A stretch of 64,000 bases of DNA from Puccinia triticina. Taxonomy: Eukaryota. The position numbers and the translations under genes were made by a program. This document shows, piece by piece, positions 25,638 through 38,967 of this stretch (positions within the stretch are counted from its first letter, which is position 1; each line of letters begins with the position of its first letter). The notes beneath the pieces were generated by a model. That model was not told the origin of the DNA and searched no databases. It saw nothing but the letters and a program-made list of their open reading frames with translations. Location of the stretch: the NCBI GenBank assembly GCA_026914245.1, contig CP110439.1, positions 7,564,001 to 7,628,000 of the forward strand, written 5' to 3'.

Positions 25638-27658
25638 TAACATGATGAACTTTGGATTATATGTGCATCATGTGCATGTATATAGTTAGGGTGGACGGTG
25701 CCACCTTTGGGAAGGTGCAATTCCACTTAAATTACACTTGGGGTGCTTGCCAAGCGGCCAAAGCATGGCACCTGTGCCCGGCTAGGGTGGCACAGCCTGG
25801 CACTGCCAGAATTCTTTTGAACTTGAAGGCCCTCAAAAATCAAGCAAAAATTGAAAAGGTTATCCATGTTATGCATATTTTGTTCCCAAAATCCGGAGGC
25901 CCTGTTTGTCATGATAAATATTGTGTAATATAAAAATTACAATTTGTACACACCAGGACAATTGGGGCACCCCCCGATTGTTGCCGCTGGCGCCACCGTG
26001 GCCCCGCAAGTCAATTGCGCCGGCGTGGCGCTGGAACTAGCAATGCCGGCCAGGCGTCGGACATAGGCGCCTTGCAAACGGCCCCAGATGGGCGCCTCGG
26101 GGACGCCCAGGGGGGGGGGGGGGGGGGGGTGGCGCCGTATCTGAGTCTGCATTCAAAACGCCAGGCCCCCGCGAGCGCCTGGCGTCCTGCTTGCGAGGGC
26201 CATGGCGGTCATGATAAATGATTGCTGATGACCTGCGCACACCTTTTGGGGGTCTTTCGGTCGCCTGGTGGGCTCTCATCCCAACGCTTTCGGGGACGAG
26301 GGCGTGCCGCATAGGCGTGGAAAATTTCCCGTCCCCTAGGTCGTCCGGGTGGGGGTTTGGCAGGCGCCGAGGGCTCCGCCTGGCTTGGCTGGTTGGCGAC
26401 GCTGTCCGCCCCTGAGCCGTCTCCCGCATCCGCAGGTGGGACGATGAAGGGCTGTTATGCCGCGGCTGCATGCACGCGGTCCCTGACGCAGGCGATGGGA
26501 GAGGAGGCGCGAGGATCGCACTGAGCGGCAGCTTGGCCACCAGTAGCAAAATGAGGCCGAGAGGGCCTAATTTGCCTCATTGGGGGCAAAAAAAAGGGGG
26601 GGGGGGGGTCTCACGGTGATGCTCAGGGGGCTCATAGGTATGTGGGGGATTTGGGGGTGATGAACTGTATTCCTTAATCAATTGCTTATGGGTAGTTACA
26701 GGGGGGAGGGGGAGCAGGAGGATGAAAAAGTAGAAATAGGGCGACTGGGACAGTCACCCGCGCAGCGGGGCATACTATGAAGATGACCAAAAGTGGTGAC
26801 ATACAAAGCAGGTACTTCTGGACCACAAGTAGAGTCTACCTGCATGGTACTCAGGGATCAGCATCGAGGTGGTGCATGGGTAGGTTGAGAGCTCTGAAGG
26901 ACTTACACAGGGATTGTGTTGCCGGCAGCAGGAGCCCCGGAGGGGCACCTTGTGGGCCAGGATCTAGTCACTGCAGAATGGCCGCAAAAATGTTGAATGC
27001 AAAACCGTTTTGGTCTTCCTCAGGCGGCTGGGGTAGGAAACATGAAGGTTAAAGAAGCTGTTAGTTGAGGGGGTAGACAATCATGGGTAAAATTTTGCAA
27101 GCGACTTACGGTCAGTGCCTGGTCAAGGTGCCTGGCGGCCGGTTGTTGATGGTTTGGCAGCAATTGGCACAAATAAAATGTTGGTCATGTGGGGCCGTCA
27201 AGGTGATGTTTGTTGGTTCTGCAACGGTGGTGGGATGGGGGCATATCGAGTGGACTTCGAGGGGCAACGTAGGAAGAGAGCAGTTGCGGCACGGGCAGCT
27301 GGGAGGGATCATATAGCCGAGTTACCCTAAGTGGGTGATTGGGGTAGCCCTAAGGTGGTGCGGCTCCGCAGAACATCACTACTGTGGCGCTACCACAGGG
27401 ACAGCGGAGCCCCCCGCGCATGGATGACACCCATGCCCCGGGGAAGCATTCCCCATTCTTAGGGTGCGTACTATACATTTTGGGTTTTTTTTGGAATGGA
27501 TTCCCGCGTGAGTCGAAAAAGCCCTTTGTCAGTTTTGTATTTTTTTCTTCCTTCCAAGAAACAGGTAGCCTAATTGTTGTACCACAGGAATCATTTCGTG
27601 TACTCATCACACACCCCAGCCACGTGTAGCCAACACATCAACTTCTCAGCAACCTTCA

Positions 27659-28905
27659 ATGGATCACAAACTACTCATTGCCATTGTTGCAGCGGCAGCA
27701 GCAATATTTGTGGTCTCAAAATACTGGAATGAACATGAATTCGAATCGTATTACGGCAATGGCGGACAAGCCCTTTACGCTCGACTCCTCTTAAATGCTT
27801 GCCCTGACTTATTCAAAGAGATTGCCCGGATGGAACGTGATACCTTTGACAAGCTTGTCTCTGAGCTCTGTTGATATGGGCTTCTCAAGGACGGTCAATC
27901 AGTATCCATTAAAGAGCAGGTGCTGATTTTTTTTGACATTGTCTGCCACAACAACGCAATGCGGCAAACAGCAATCAAGTTTTGCCGTGGTCTTTTCACG
28001 GTCAACAGGTTGGTGCTTTTCTCAATCCAGTTATCTTGAGCTGGGATTGATCTCAATATTTTTTTCTTAATCACCCTAGGTACGTTGGTTTGGTGTTAGA
28101 GGCTTTAGTTGCTCTTTACCCTATCTATGTTTGGTTCAACCTTACATCATGCGTACAACCAGCAACAATCTTGGAAAATCCAAAATATTGTCTGTTCAAG
28201 AACTGCTTAGGAGCACTCAATGGTGTTTTTGTCCCAGCAACTGTTCCATTGGATAATCAAAGCAGCTACCAAACGCGCAAGCATATCATTGCCCAGAACG
28301 TTCTCGCTGCAGTCAACTTTAATTTTGAGTTCGTTTACGTTCTGGCAGGTTGGGAGGGAAGTGCTCATTATACTTGCGTCTTTACGGATGCGACCTCCAA
28401 AGCCTTGAAGATACCCGGAAACAAATACTTCTTAGCTGATGCAGGATACGGTCTCCAAAAGGGATTGATGACACCATATCGAGCCACTCAATATCACCTT
28501 AAGGAGCAAGCAACAGCCGGACTCCGACCAGAAACAAAGAAGGAATTGTATAATTTAAGGCATGCTACACTTCGCAACTGTGTCAAGCAAATATTTGGGT
28601 GCTTAAAGAAAAAGTTCCCAATACTGAAGGTGCCTCCAGAAATCAAACTCAAAAAGCAAGTCCCTCTCATCTATGGGCTTGTTATGCTCTGGAATTTTAT
28701 GCAGAGACACAAATCGGCCGACAGGATGTTTGAGGATTTCACCAAGGACGATGCAGCTGCTCATGCGGCATCAATATCAGACCCTGACAAACCTCTGCCC
28801 ACCACTGCTCAAGAAGACACGTACATGAAGTTTTGGCGCCATTGTCTGGCCAATAAGCTTTGGAACCAATACAACACTTACCTTCAGTCTCAGACTTGCA
28901 CCTAG
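27659..28905 (+). pseudogene. Harbinger DDE transposase (HARBI1/DDE_Tnp_4-like), inactivated
   Basis: CLGAL(D>N)GVFV, NVLAAV..VLAGWEGSAH, YFLADAGY, YNLRHATLRNCV(E>K)(R>Q)IFG; in-frame stop at 27872-27874; intron ~28009-28079. Confidence 0.9.
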
Positions 28906-29532
28906 ATCACTATGTTTCTAATTACTCCGATCTTTGTTTTTTCTCTTGCTCCAATCTTTTTTTCTGGTTTCTCTCACTCAAAAGCATTTGGTTCTCACGT
29001 TTTGGCATTGCAGAGAGACAAAGAGAATAAAACAAGTATATATCTTTATGTGTATGAGGAAATAGAGCTAGGAAGATTGCTACAATGAGTGCCAGAGGAA
29101 ACAATGTCAGAGGGTATTAACCATTAGGAGAGGGCAAAAGAATAATCTTACCATCTTGGACACTTCTTTTTGAAGCCACATCTCACAGATGGATTCGGAG
29201 GATGAGCGAGCCAAAGTCAGAAACGTTTGGGCTTTATCTTTGTTTTCCAAGATTGATACAAAGTTGAGGAATTCAAGGGCCAAAATTGTCTTCAAAGACA
29301 TCTTGGAAAAGAGATCGATTACTTTCTTGGAGCACGTCAAGATTTGAGCAGGTTGGGCTCTGTTGGTCTTCTTGGTCTTTGACTCGGCCAGTTTTTTGAT
29401 CACATTTGTCAATCCCCCCAAGCCACTCTTGATTGCATCATTCTTGCCTTCACGAGTGCGCTTTACGGCGGGGGCTGCTGTAGCTGGGTCGACTTCAACA
29501 TCACTATCATCAGGATCCAACGCCATGGCAGG

Positions 29533-31191
29533 TAGAGATGGCCTTGCGGTACCGGTTTGGGGGTACCTGGTACCGCCTGGAGGGTACCCTCTGGTGCGCC
29601 GGCGCACCAGCCCAGAGGTACCAGGTGCGGTACCAGGTGCCTGCTTTGGGGGTAAAAAACTGAAGACACCCGGGTGTACCGCCGGTGTACCACCGGCTAG
29701 GGAATGCCTTCAGGTACCCGTTGGCGGGTACCCGCCGCACCCGCCGCGCACCCGCCAGTCGGTGCCGGATGCGGTGTTGGGTGAAAAAACGGGTGCGTAC
29801 CCGGGTACCCGCCTCCCGCAGCCGCGCAGCAAGCCAGACGGGGAAGTTGGGACCTTGCCCTCCCAAGCCAACCAACTCCTTCCTGATCTCCACGTTGGTA
29901 CCTGGTACCTCACCCCGGTCGGTCAAGGCGGCGTTGTCTTCCGGCCAGGGTGTTGTGGAGCTGGGTGTCCCCTGGTGGCGTTGTCGGTGGATTCCCAGCT
30001 CTGACCAGGGCCCCTGCCTGCAGAGGACTCGCTCGCTCGTCTTCCCCGCCCCGCTGAGCCTCATCCTCGGCGACTACGCCTCCGTCACCCTTGCCGTCCC
30101 CGCCAACAGCCGCGAGCCAATCAGTCACACCCTCGCCGATCGCCGGCCTCCTCGCCCCTGCCCCACCCCTCACTGAAAGCCGCCGGGCTCTCTTGCTTGT
30201 CTTCCCCGCCCCGCTGAGCCTCATCCTTGGCGACTACGCCTCCGTCACCCTCGCCGTCCCCGCCAACAGCCGCGAGCCAATAAGCCAAACCCTCGCCGAT
30301 CGCCGGCCTCCTTGCCCGCACCAACGCCCCCTCGCCCCTGCCCCACCCCTCGCTGAAAGCCGCCGGGCTCTCTTGCTCGTCTTCCCCGCCCCGCTGAGCC
30401 TCATCCTCGGCGACTACGCCTCCGTCACCCTCGCCGTCCCCGCCAACAGCCGCGAGCCAATCAGCCACACCCTCGCCGATCGCCGGCCTCCTTGCCCGCA
30501 CCAACGCCCCCTCGCCCCTGCCCCACCCCTCGCTGAAAGCCGCCGGGCTCTCCAGCCTGGCATTGAAGACCCCCGGCCTCGCCGGAACACACAAAGTCGC
30601 CCGCAACGCCGTCCTTCATACTTAGTCCTACAGTCTGATCTGCATGTTAATTGACATTATTCTTATGATTGAGAAAACTTGGGGTTATTTGTCTCCTTTT
30701 TCTCTACAAAATAAGTGAATGATTGGGGCATGGTGGGCGCATGTTGAGTAAGAGCAAACTGTTTAAATCAAACAAAAGATTCAAGCAGATCACAGAATAT
30801 CTTCTCATGGAGTGGCCGAGTATTGTCTTCTTGGAACCTCAAACAATCCGTATGGCGGGTACCCGCCGCACCCGCCAGGCGGTGCCGGATGCGGTGCCGG
30901 GTGTTGGGTTTGGGCAAAAAAACGGGTGCCAAGACAAAGCGAAAAGGTAAAAGAAAGGTCATTGTTGTGGATGATGACGAGTGATCTACAACAGTTTTGT
31001 AAAAAATGCTATGTGCCTTAAGTTTGGGAAATAAATGATTTTACTACTAGAAAAAGCTGGGAGGTACCCCTGGTACCCCCATAAGGTACCGCCGGTACCC
31101 TGTCAGGCGGTACCAGGTGTCTGTTTTTCAGAAAAAACGACCCGGTACCCTGGTCCTGCAAGGGTACCCGGGTCCCATGGGGCCATCTCTA
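29533..31191. mobile_element. Non-autonomous hAT element (TIR TAGAGATGGCC), perfect 8-bp TSD ATGGCAGG
   Basis: TSD at 29525-32 and 31192-99; GGTACC-rich subtermini like 2038-2660. Confidence 0.92.
30035..30552. repeat. GC-rich 180-bp tandem repeat (~2.9 copies)
   Basis: CGCCGGGCTCTC recurs at 30181, 30361 and 30541; units are nearly identical. Confidence 0.9.
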
Positions 31192-31572
31192 ATGGCAGGT
31201 CTCTTTGCCAATGGTTTGGAAGCCACGGTTGTCTTTGCTTGGTTAACTGGAGTGATATTGGCCACAGGTATATTGTTCAAGTCTGGTACATCCTCCTCGT
31301 CGGCCATCTTGCCGGTAGCATAGGTCCCACATAAGGCCTGGTGCGCAAGATCATAGAGGGTGAATTCTTTATTCCTAATTTTTCCAAACCCGCAACGTGG
31401 ATGAGATTCAATCAGCTCGTTCCAAGTTGCCAGGTCAGCCGTGACGATATTTTTTTCTGGATCCCATCCAAATCCGCTCTGTTCACAAAGGAATTTGAAG
31501 TTGATGTACAGATTGCGGAGCTTGGCCTTGTGATTCTTGATCTGATCACGGCTGAGTTCTATGTCGAAGCGT

Positions 31573-32948
31573 TGTAGGGACTCCAAAGGAATGGATGAGT
31601 GGTAATCAAAGTTCTGTTGAGGGGGAGATAAGTTGTGAATAAGTTGAAAGCCTATTACAATTTACGGGTGGTTTGAAAGACCTGCCCCTCTGATGGTACT
31701 GTGCAAATAACCAAGAGTCTTGTAATCAATATTTAAATGGTGTGGCTGATTCCAAAGATAGCTCTTACTTTTGTATATTAATCTCTATCTGACCCAGATC
31801 ACTTGCATCAATAGTTGTGGTGAATCTTTTGTAACTTGGTTTAACGTGGTGGTTGCGATAAAGTTCAATATATGTTGTAAAATTTGTGATGTTAAATTGC
31901 TGACACTATGTTGTTATAATAATCTGTTACAAAGTAAATATATATATATGGGTTGGATGTTGAATGTTGGTTGGTTGGTTGGTTGGTTGTTGGTTCTACT
32001 ACTGTTTTTAACACACACTAAAGTTCTCTACACTACTCCACTACTAATAACCACAATAAACAGACCTTCCTAGGCTGCTACAAACTAAACTAACCACAGT
32101 GACCAAACCTCTATAGGCTGATGGGGAAAAAAAGAAAATTATAGTGGGGAGAGGCCCTCCTTTTATGTTGGAGGATGAGGGATTTCTGCTGCAGGAAGCT
32201 CCTTGTGAGGTATTTCTGCTGCAGAGGTTCTCACCTACACAGCCTTTCTACAAAGCCACAAATACAAACAACACAGCTTTGCTGTGCTAGATACACTTTA
32301 AATCCACAGCCAAACATCTATGATATACAAACTAACAAACAAATACACAGCCTTCAGATAGATACCTTCTAACTCCACCTCCAAACAACACAGCCTCCTG
32401 ATAGATACCTTCTAACTCCACCTCCAAACAACACAGCCTCCTGATAGAATCTTCCCTGAACAAACAAATACAAAGACTCCAGCCAAAGATGCTGTGCAGC
32501 CTGTGTTAGATACTTTCTAACTCCACCTTCAAACAACACAGCCTCCTGATAGAATCTTCCCTGAACAAACAAATACAAAGACTCCAGCCAAAGATGCTGT
32601 GCAGCCTGTGTTAGATACCTTCTAACTTCACCTCCCAAACAACACAGCCTCCTGATAGAATCTTCCTTGAACAAGCAGGTGTATAGAATGCAAGTATCCT
32701 TGACCATTCTGGATTCTGGGGGTCTGGGCCTCTCCTCCTCTTCTTCCTGTTCCTTCCTCTCTTCCTTCTTCCTTTGCGCTCCTTCCTTCTGTTCCTGGTT
32801 GAGACTATTCCTTACTACAAATCCTTCCTTGGTTTGTATGTGCCTTAACTGTTGATGTGATACTATCTCCTCCTCTTGTATGATGACTGTACTGTCTCCA
32901 CCCTCTGTTGTATCCTTTTTGGCATTGACACAGGCACAGAAAACCACA
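31573..32948. mobile_element. Solo LTR (TGT...ACA, 1376 bp), TSD GCGT, with internal tandem repeats
   Basis: GCGT at 31569-72 and 32949-52; precise excision restores LNKRFD in the Myb gene; ~110-bp repeats at 32360-32670. Confidence 0.8.
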
Positions 32949-34224
32949 GCGTTTGTTGAGGTCGCCCATCACATGTGACCAACCAAGCTTGTTGAGGCCG
33001 CTGTTATTGGTTGCAAATCCTTTCTCCGCGTATTTCGCAATCAGCTCTAATAGATGCTCCTTTTGATTGTAAGTCCACAAATGTGGAGGTGTCTTGTCTT
33101 CAGCCTTTTTTTCAGGGAGTTTATTCTTGGGTGCTTTCTTTGCCAAGGTGTTGGCCATGTTATTTGGAGTAGGTTTTTTGACTGAGGCTGTGACAAGAAT
33201 TGCTAAGTCAAGAGGTATATCCGATGAAGATGAGAGACAAAATGTTGATTGATGATGAATGAGAGCTGATGAACACGGATTGAGAAGATGTTGATTGATG
33301 ATGAACAAGAGACAATGAGATGTTGATGGGAGACAGATGCGGCAAGAAACTGTTTCCCAGAGTTGGAAGAAACGGGGGTACCCCTGTTTCTGGAAACACT
33401 TGTTTTTTGATGTGAATCAATTCTGGAATCTACCCAGAATTTGTGTGCTGTGGTACACGATTCTAATTCAGAATAGATTCTTGTGAAAAAAAGTGAAAAC
33501 TTGCTTGAGAATCTATTTTTTTTCCGCTATGGTACGCACCCTTATAATGTCCTGTTTACTCAGCTGGCGGTGCTGGAAAAGTGAATATTGGTGTCCTATG
33601 CTTGAAGAAGCAAGAATACTGTTCAATCTCTCAATATCCTGCTAGAGGGAGGATCGAGTAAGAGTGTCATCAAAGTATATCGTGTTCATAAAATTGAAAA
33701 ATCCTTTCCAGGAAAAGTATTGCTGTTGCGCCTAGCTGGTTCGCTGGGAAGACTTGGGAGCGGGGAAGGGATGCGCATGTGCTTCTTGCACATTTTGGGT
33801 GGGTGGCCAGTCGCGCCATCATCTGAAACACGGACCCATGATTGGGTGGCCGAAGCATCTGGGGTGAGCCCCGCAATGCCTCTTCATGTCGCGCCTTCGC
33901 CGGCCCGATGGCGAACACAGATGAGCACATCGGGCTTGCGACTCTTCAAGGCGCAGAATTGGCAACCTAGGCAGGCGGGCAACTAGGGGACGCCCACTTC
34001 GTATGGACCTCAGCGGGCGGCTACATGACTGGTCCGATCGGGTGCCGCCCACAGTTGGCGGCACCAGATGACGCCGGCCCAACCATAACGCATGGGGGGC
34101 GACCCGCTGAGGTGCCCTGCTGACGCCTAACCCGGGATCTGCCGCGATGGTGCACATCCTGACGCCTTTTAGGCTCGGGCGGACAACGGTGTATCAAGGT
34201 GGCGCCACCGTGACTCCTGGTCAC

Positions 34225-34600
34225 GCCACCTGGTCAGTCGACATAAACCTAGTATGAAGCATACTCCAGACCCGCGTGGGAAACAGCCTCCAAGCTACCT
34301 TTGCCCGCATTTTGAAAACTTCCCAAACTTCTGGAGCATCCAGAACTTCTGCCCAACTCCCCCCCTTCAGGTCGGCCTTGAACCAAAAGTCAAAACTCCT
34401 ACAACCCTTACACCTTGCCCCTCGCCACCCTTACAACTCGGTAACCTTACATCTTGCTACCCTTACACCTTGCCACTCTTACAACTCCCTACCCTTTGCT
34501 CGCACCCTTACACCTTGCCACCCTTACAACTTGCTACCCATTGCTCGCACCCTTACACCTTGCCTCCCTTACAACTCGCTAGCCATCGCTCGCACCCTTA
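34225..34600 (+). repeat. ~400-bp block with CCCTTACACCTTGCC/CCCTTACAACT sub-repeats; inverted copy at ~40700-41080
   Basis: ORF-track translations 34254+ and 40366- are almost identical (MKHTPDPRGKQPPSYL...). Confidence 0.9.
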
Positions 34601-37600
34601 CACCTTGCACCATTCCTCCCTCACACCTGCCTCACTGCCCTTACACTACATACCTAGCACCTTGCTTCAGCACCCACCAAAGTTATTGGAGGCATCCTTA
34701 CAATGCAAAATCATTATGAAATTGTAATTCAGGCTCCCAAACTCCCGGTGATACTCACCCCGGGATTGTTAAACTGCAAAACTTAATTGGTTGCGTGCAC
34801 AGCCCCTCAAAAACAAATTTTGAGGGGCAGAAGCTCTGCTTGTATGTAGCTATGTATACCCCCAGCCGCCACGCTGGGGGGGGACTTCCTTGACTTCCTC
34901 CCGGGCACAACAGTATACAAGTTTTGCTGTTTGGCAAGAATCCCACCCAATCAACAAGTACGTGCAGTACATGTCTTGTTGCCTTGGAGGAGTTCCTCCT
35001 GGCAATGATGTACACATGCTGATCATGAGGGATTCCACCAAATTGACCAGGTTTTATACTGTTTTTGACTGGGAAAAATCCCTCCCGGTCAAAGACGCAG
35101 ACAAACTGGTTGACCGGAAGGAAAACCTGCTGCTCATCCTGGTTGACAAGATATGTATGTATCTCTTGTTGACCGGAGGGATCCCTTGCGATGGACATTA
35201 AATTTGACATAGTCATACTACTCACAGAAACTTTCCATTCCCTCATTCAGTTGTATTTCACTCTTTTCCTACCTACAAAGAATCTTTGCAAGTACAAGCA
35301 GAGTTGAGTGAAAGTAGAATGAAACCAAATGGCTGCAAGGGTTTTATCAGGATGAGGACTGTCCTGGTTACTCAAGTGTTCAGTCAGGTCAGTCTTCTGG
35401 GACAATGTTTCACCTTCATTGGTGGGTAATAAGGGCGGATCAACCCGGGCTGCACCTCCGGACTGACAAATCAAGGATCCCAATACCCGGATCTCCTCCT
35501 TGGGCTCCTCCAACACGTCCTGGTCTGATGCTTTGGGTGTTGCGGCTCGCCCTGGTTGGCAGTCACCGTCACCGAGGCAGTGCGACTGGCAGTGGCTGAT
35601 GACTCCACCGTTTTTGGCGATGATGACAGTGAAGAGAGGATCAAGCAGTCTACATGCGCAGTTTTTCTACAGATGGTCTACTCACGACCAGCCCATTACG
35701 ACAAGCAATACTGAGGCCATCTGCTCATAGACCTTAGAAAGAAGCAGAACAAGGGTTGGCCATCTGTAAAAATAATGGATCAGGGGGGGGGGCGAATGAC
35801 TAACCTTTGGGGGAAGGAAGCCCAGTGGGGTCAATCTTATTTCCAATCACTCGTGCACCTTTGTACATGTCAAAAAGCTACTTTGACAGAAACTTCATGG
35901 GGTCAGAAATCATCTTGTTGAATTAGAAGCGCTATTTTCTAATAAAACGGAAAATAAGACACGCGTGAATGAGAAGGAGAGGAGAGCACTGACTTGTAAA
36001 GAGGACCAACCACGGGGATGACGGATAACACAGTACTGGATCACCGGGTCTCTTCCCTCTATTTCTCCGCAAGCAACGAGAGGACCACCGCCCTCTAACT
36101 AGCCATTGTCAGGCCAACGGACGTCGATGGTTAGATGAGAGAGCTTGACATGACTGGTTTTATGGAAGAAGATTGTGGTAGCTTCTCCTTCTTCAACGCT
36201 ATGAAACTGGGCATACTGATTGGAATCCAAATGGTAAACTGCAGTAAATTTTTTGGAGGGAATTCAGGTCAGAAAAAGATATGTTATGAGAGGGCGGTTG
36301 GATTGCAGAGTGAGAAAAGATGAATATGGAAAGAGTGACTAGCACCTTTGATTGCCAGTTTAGCATCATCGACGGCAATCTTGAGGATCTCCTCCAGCTC
36401 CCATATCGGCGTTGAGCGAGAAGGACGAATTTCCCTGGACGCTTTGAGGGAGTTGATCTGTGTCGTGAGGTCTTACGAGCCGGTTTTGTACAGTCTGGCC
36501 TTGAGGACCTTGATGTAAGCCTCCAACTCCGCATCCTGTTCCTTGATCTTACTCGGCCACCATTCCGTTCGCCGACCCGTTGTTCTGGCCGAGGGTCTCG
36601 AGGTCTTTGATGCATGAATTGTTCTCTGATTTTTTCTCGGACAGACGATCAGACGCGCCTTGAGCTTGGCCACATAGTTGGTCTGGTTCTTGTTCAGGTC
36701 CTGTTTATTGACGAGCTGGATCTCAAGCTCCCTCATCAAATGCTCCGAATGGATCAGGGCCGCCTTGGTCAGCGCAAGCTGGGACTCGAGAGAGGTGATT
36801 GACTTCTTGAACTCCTCAATGATTGGCTGGATTGTCTCGTAAAACGTGCTCTGGGAGATTGCTTCGCTTTGGCCGTGTTGAGTGGGTTTGATTTATTGAT
36901 GGGTGTGGCCATTAGTTTGTGGCGATTGATCCTAGCTGATCGTGTCGCTGAGGTGCGTAGTTTGCTTCGCTGAAATTTGCTGAGGTTACCTCCAGGCAAA
37001 ATGGTATGTATTTTGCTGCTCAGCGGTCCTTCCTATCCCCCGTGGACTGGCAGCTGAGCAGGGGATCCTACCATTCAGGTCCCCGACGGGGATTCAGCCA
37101 CTATTTTCTGGTTTATTTGGAATAAAATTGTGAAAGTGGAGTTTGACATATTCCATGAGTGAAATGGTTTGAAGGTCTTGGTTGTAGCACATATCAAGGC
37201 TGATATCTGACAGATGGTCAGTTGAATGGACCCCCTGGATTAATTTTTTTCATTTAAAACTTTCTTTTCATGATTTCTGGAAACATTATGGGTGATTTTT
37301 AATAGGGAAATCCAATCAGCATATTCCAGTCCACCAGTGGTCATTAGAAATGCACACATTTGAAGGTGTGTAAATTGGAAGCCACAATGTTTCACTGGGA
37401 CACTCTGGATGTATTTCCTTGATTCAGGTATTCTTTAATCATGACTGAGCAAATTTGAATAATTGCTGAAATTAATTTGAGGGCATGAAATTCATCAAGG
37501 GTGTCCCAAGCCACTGGTGTTCATTAGATGTATAAGCACGTCTTGGATACTTCATGGTTAGCAGTATATAAATTAGAATGGTCACTAGTTTACTGGTACA

Positions 37601-37850
37601 CCATTGATGAATATGAAGCACTCAGAATAAATGCAGAATGCATTAAAATTTGATCAAAGCGCATACTTTGCCAAATTCAAAGATCATAATTACTTCCTAA
37701 AAGCAAAAAATCAATTCACAGACCATATTTTTCACCCTCTCTAGCAGAGAGAATCCAATTTTTTTTCCACAATAAATTCCAAACCACTCATACTTCTTGA
37801 GATTTTATTTCATAATACAACCAGGAACACTTAAAATTACCCAAACAGAG

Positions 37851-38230
37851 ATGCCAGGCACCGGAAAGCTGTAATAATCCTTCTAGCAGCTCTTACTCAC
37901 TTATTTTTGAGGGAGTACCCTGGATGCAACCTATATTTGATGCTCAATAACTTCTAAACAACTGGGATTTCTCAAAATGTTACTCAGAATAAAATCCAAA
38001 ACATTCAAAAGCCCCCAAAGCAGGGTGCCTGGCATTGGAAAACCCTGAATAAGCTTTCTAGCAGTTCTAATCACCTATTTTGGAGGGAAAATCCTGGGTG
38101 AGGTCAATCTTTGATCCTCAATAACTTTCAAACTACTTGGATTTCTCAAAATTTTATTTCAGAATCAAATCTGGCACACTGAAAATTCCCTACCCCCCGG
38201 ATGCATGGCATTGGGAAGGCTTTGATACTC
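37851..38230. repeat. Degenerate ~175-bp tandem repeat
   Basis: TTCTAGCAG, CTCAATAACTT and GGATTTCTCAAAAT each recur at ~175-bp spacing. Confidence 0.6.
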
Positions 38231-38967
38231 TCTTTTCCCTGCTGATCAGATTGAGGGGCTCAGATCCCCCATTATCCTGCTGTGGTAAAATCCCACTTAA
38301 ATATGTTTAAAAGTTAAAATGTAACTGGCAGCCTGATTGAAACCAAACATTCAGCAACATTTTTTTTGTTTTCATTTTTGTAGACTCCTTGTTCAATTCA
38401 TTCATCACCCATCAGCAACTGCTCATATCAGTTCAGTCTCTAACTCCTTTTACATCAACCTCTTTCTTCAAGCTATGGCATTCTCTGGATTTTGTTTTAG
38501 TGCCGGCTTGACCAGCGGTAGGACGTTCTCGGATTTACCCAACCCAAAGTCTGTGCAACAAAACCACTTGAATCACTTGGAAGATACTTGCAACCCTCCA
38601 CCCACATTGTCACGTGGGAATGCTCATCAGCAAAGCCATCAACATACTGATAACCACAGTGAATATTGATATCAAGGAACTTGGGACTCTTTGACACCAT
38701 CAATACAGAACAGGTGGTTTAATCTTCACCCCCAGCAGTACATACCAGCATCTATGTTTGAAATTCAAAGCCCACAAAATCCATATGAGCAGCCCACGGA
38801 TTATGGAAACCCTTGTCAGCCACTTTGCAAGGATATCTCTTATCAGCCGCATCACAAAGGTATCCCTAGTCAGCCGTATCACAAAGCTATCAGCCACCAT
38901 TTGTACTTGCAAAATCAGAAAAGATATCACAACCACCAGCCCAATTTTTCACCATGTCCACCCCCAG

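Larger units (their letters stand above)
29107..33158 (-). pseudogene. Harbinger Myb/SANT-like DNA-binding gene split by two insertions
   Basis: HLWTYNQKEHLLELI..GWSHVMGDLNKR|FDIELSRDQIKNHKAKLR..SGFGWD..KRPA|MALDPDDS; the frame is restored by removing the insertions. Confidence 0.85.
27462..33541. mobile_element. Full-length PIF/Harbinger DNA transposon (TIR GGGTGCGTAC.ATA), TSD TTA, with two nested insertions
   Basis: TTA at 27459-61 and 33542-44; convergent transposase and Myb/SANT genes inside. Confidence 0.92.

Noticed and set aside
34254..34727. Duplicated HPYTLPPLQL repeat protein (also 40366-41082)
   Set aside because: Translation of tandem DNA sub-repeats open in several frames; treated as a non-coding repeat.
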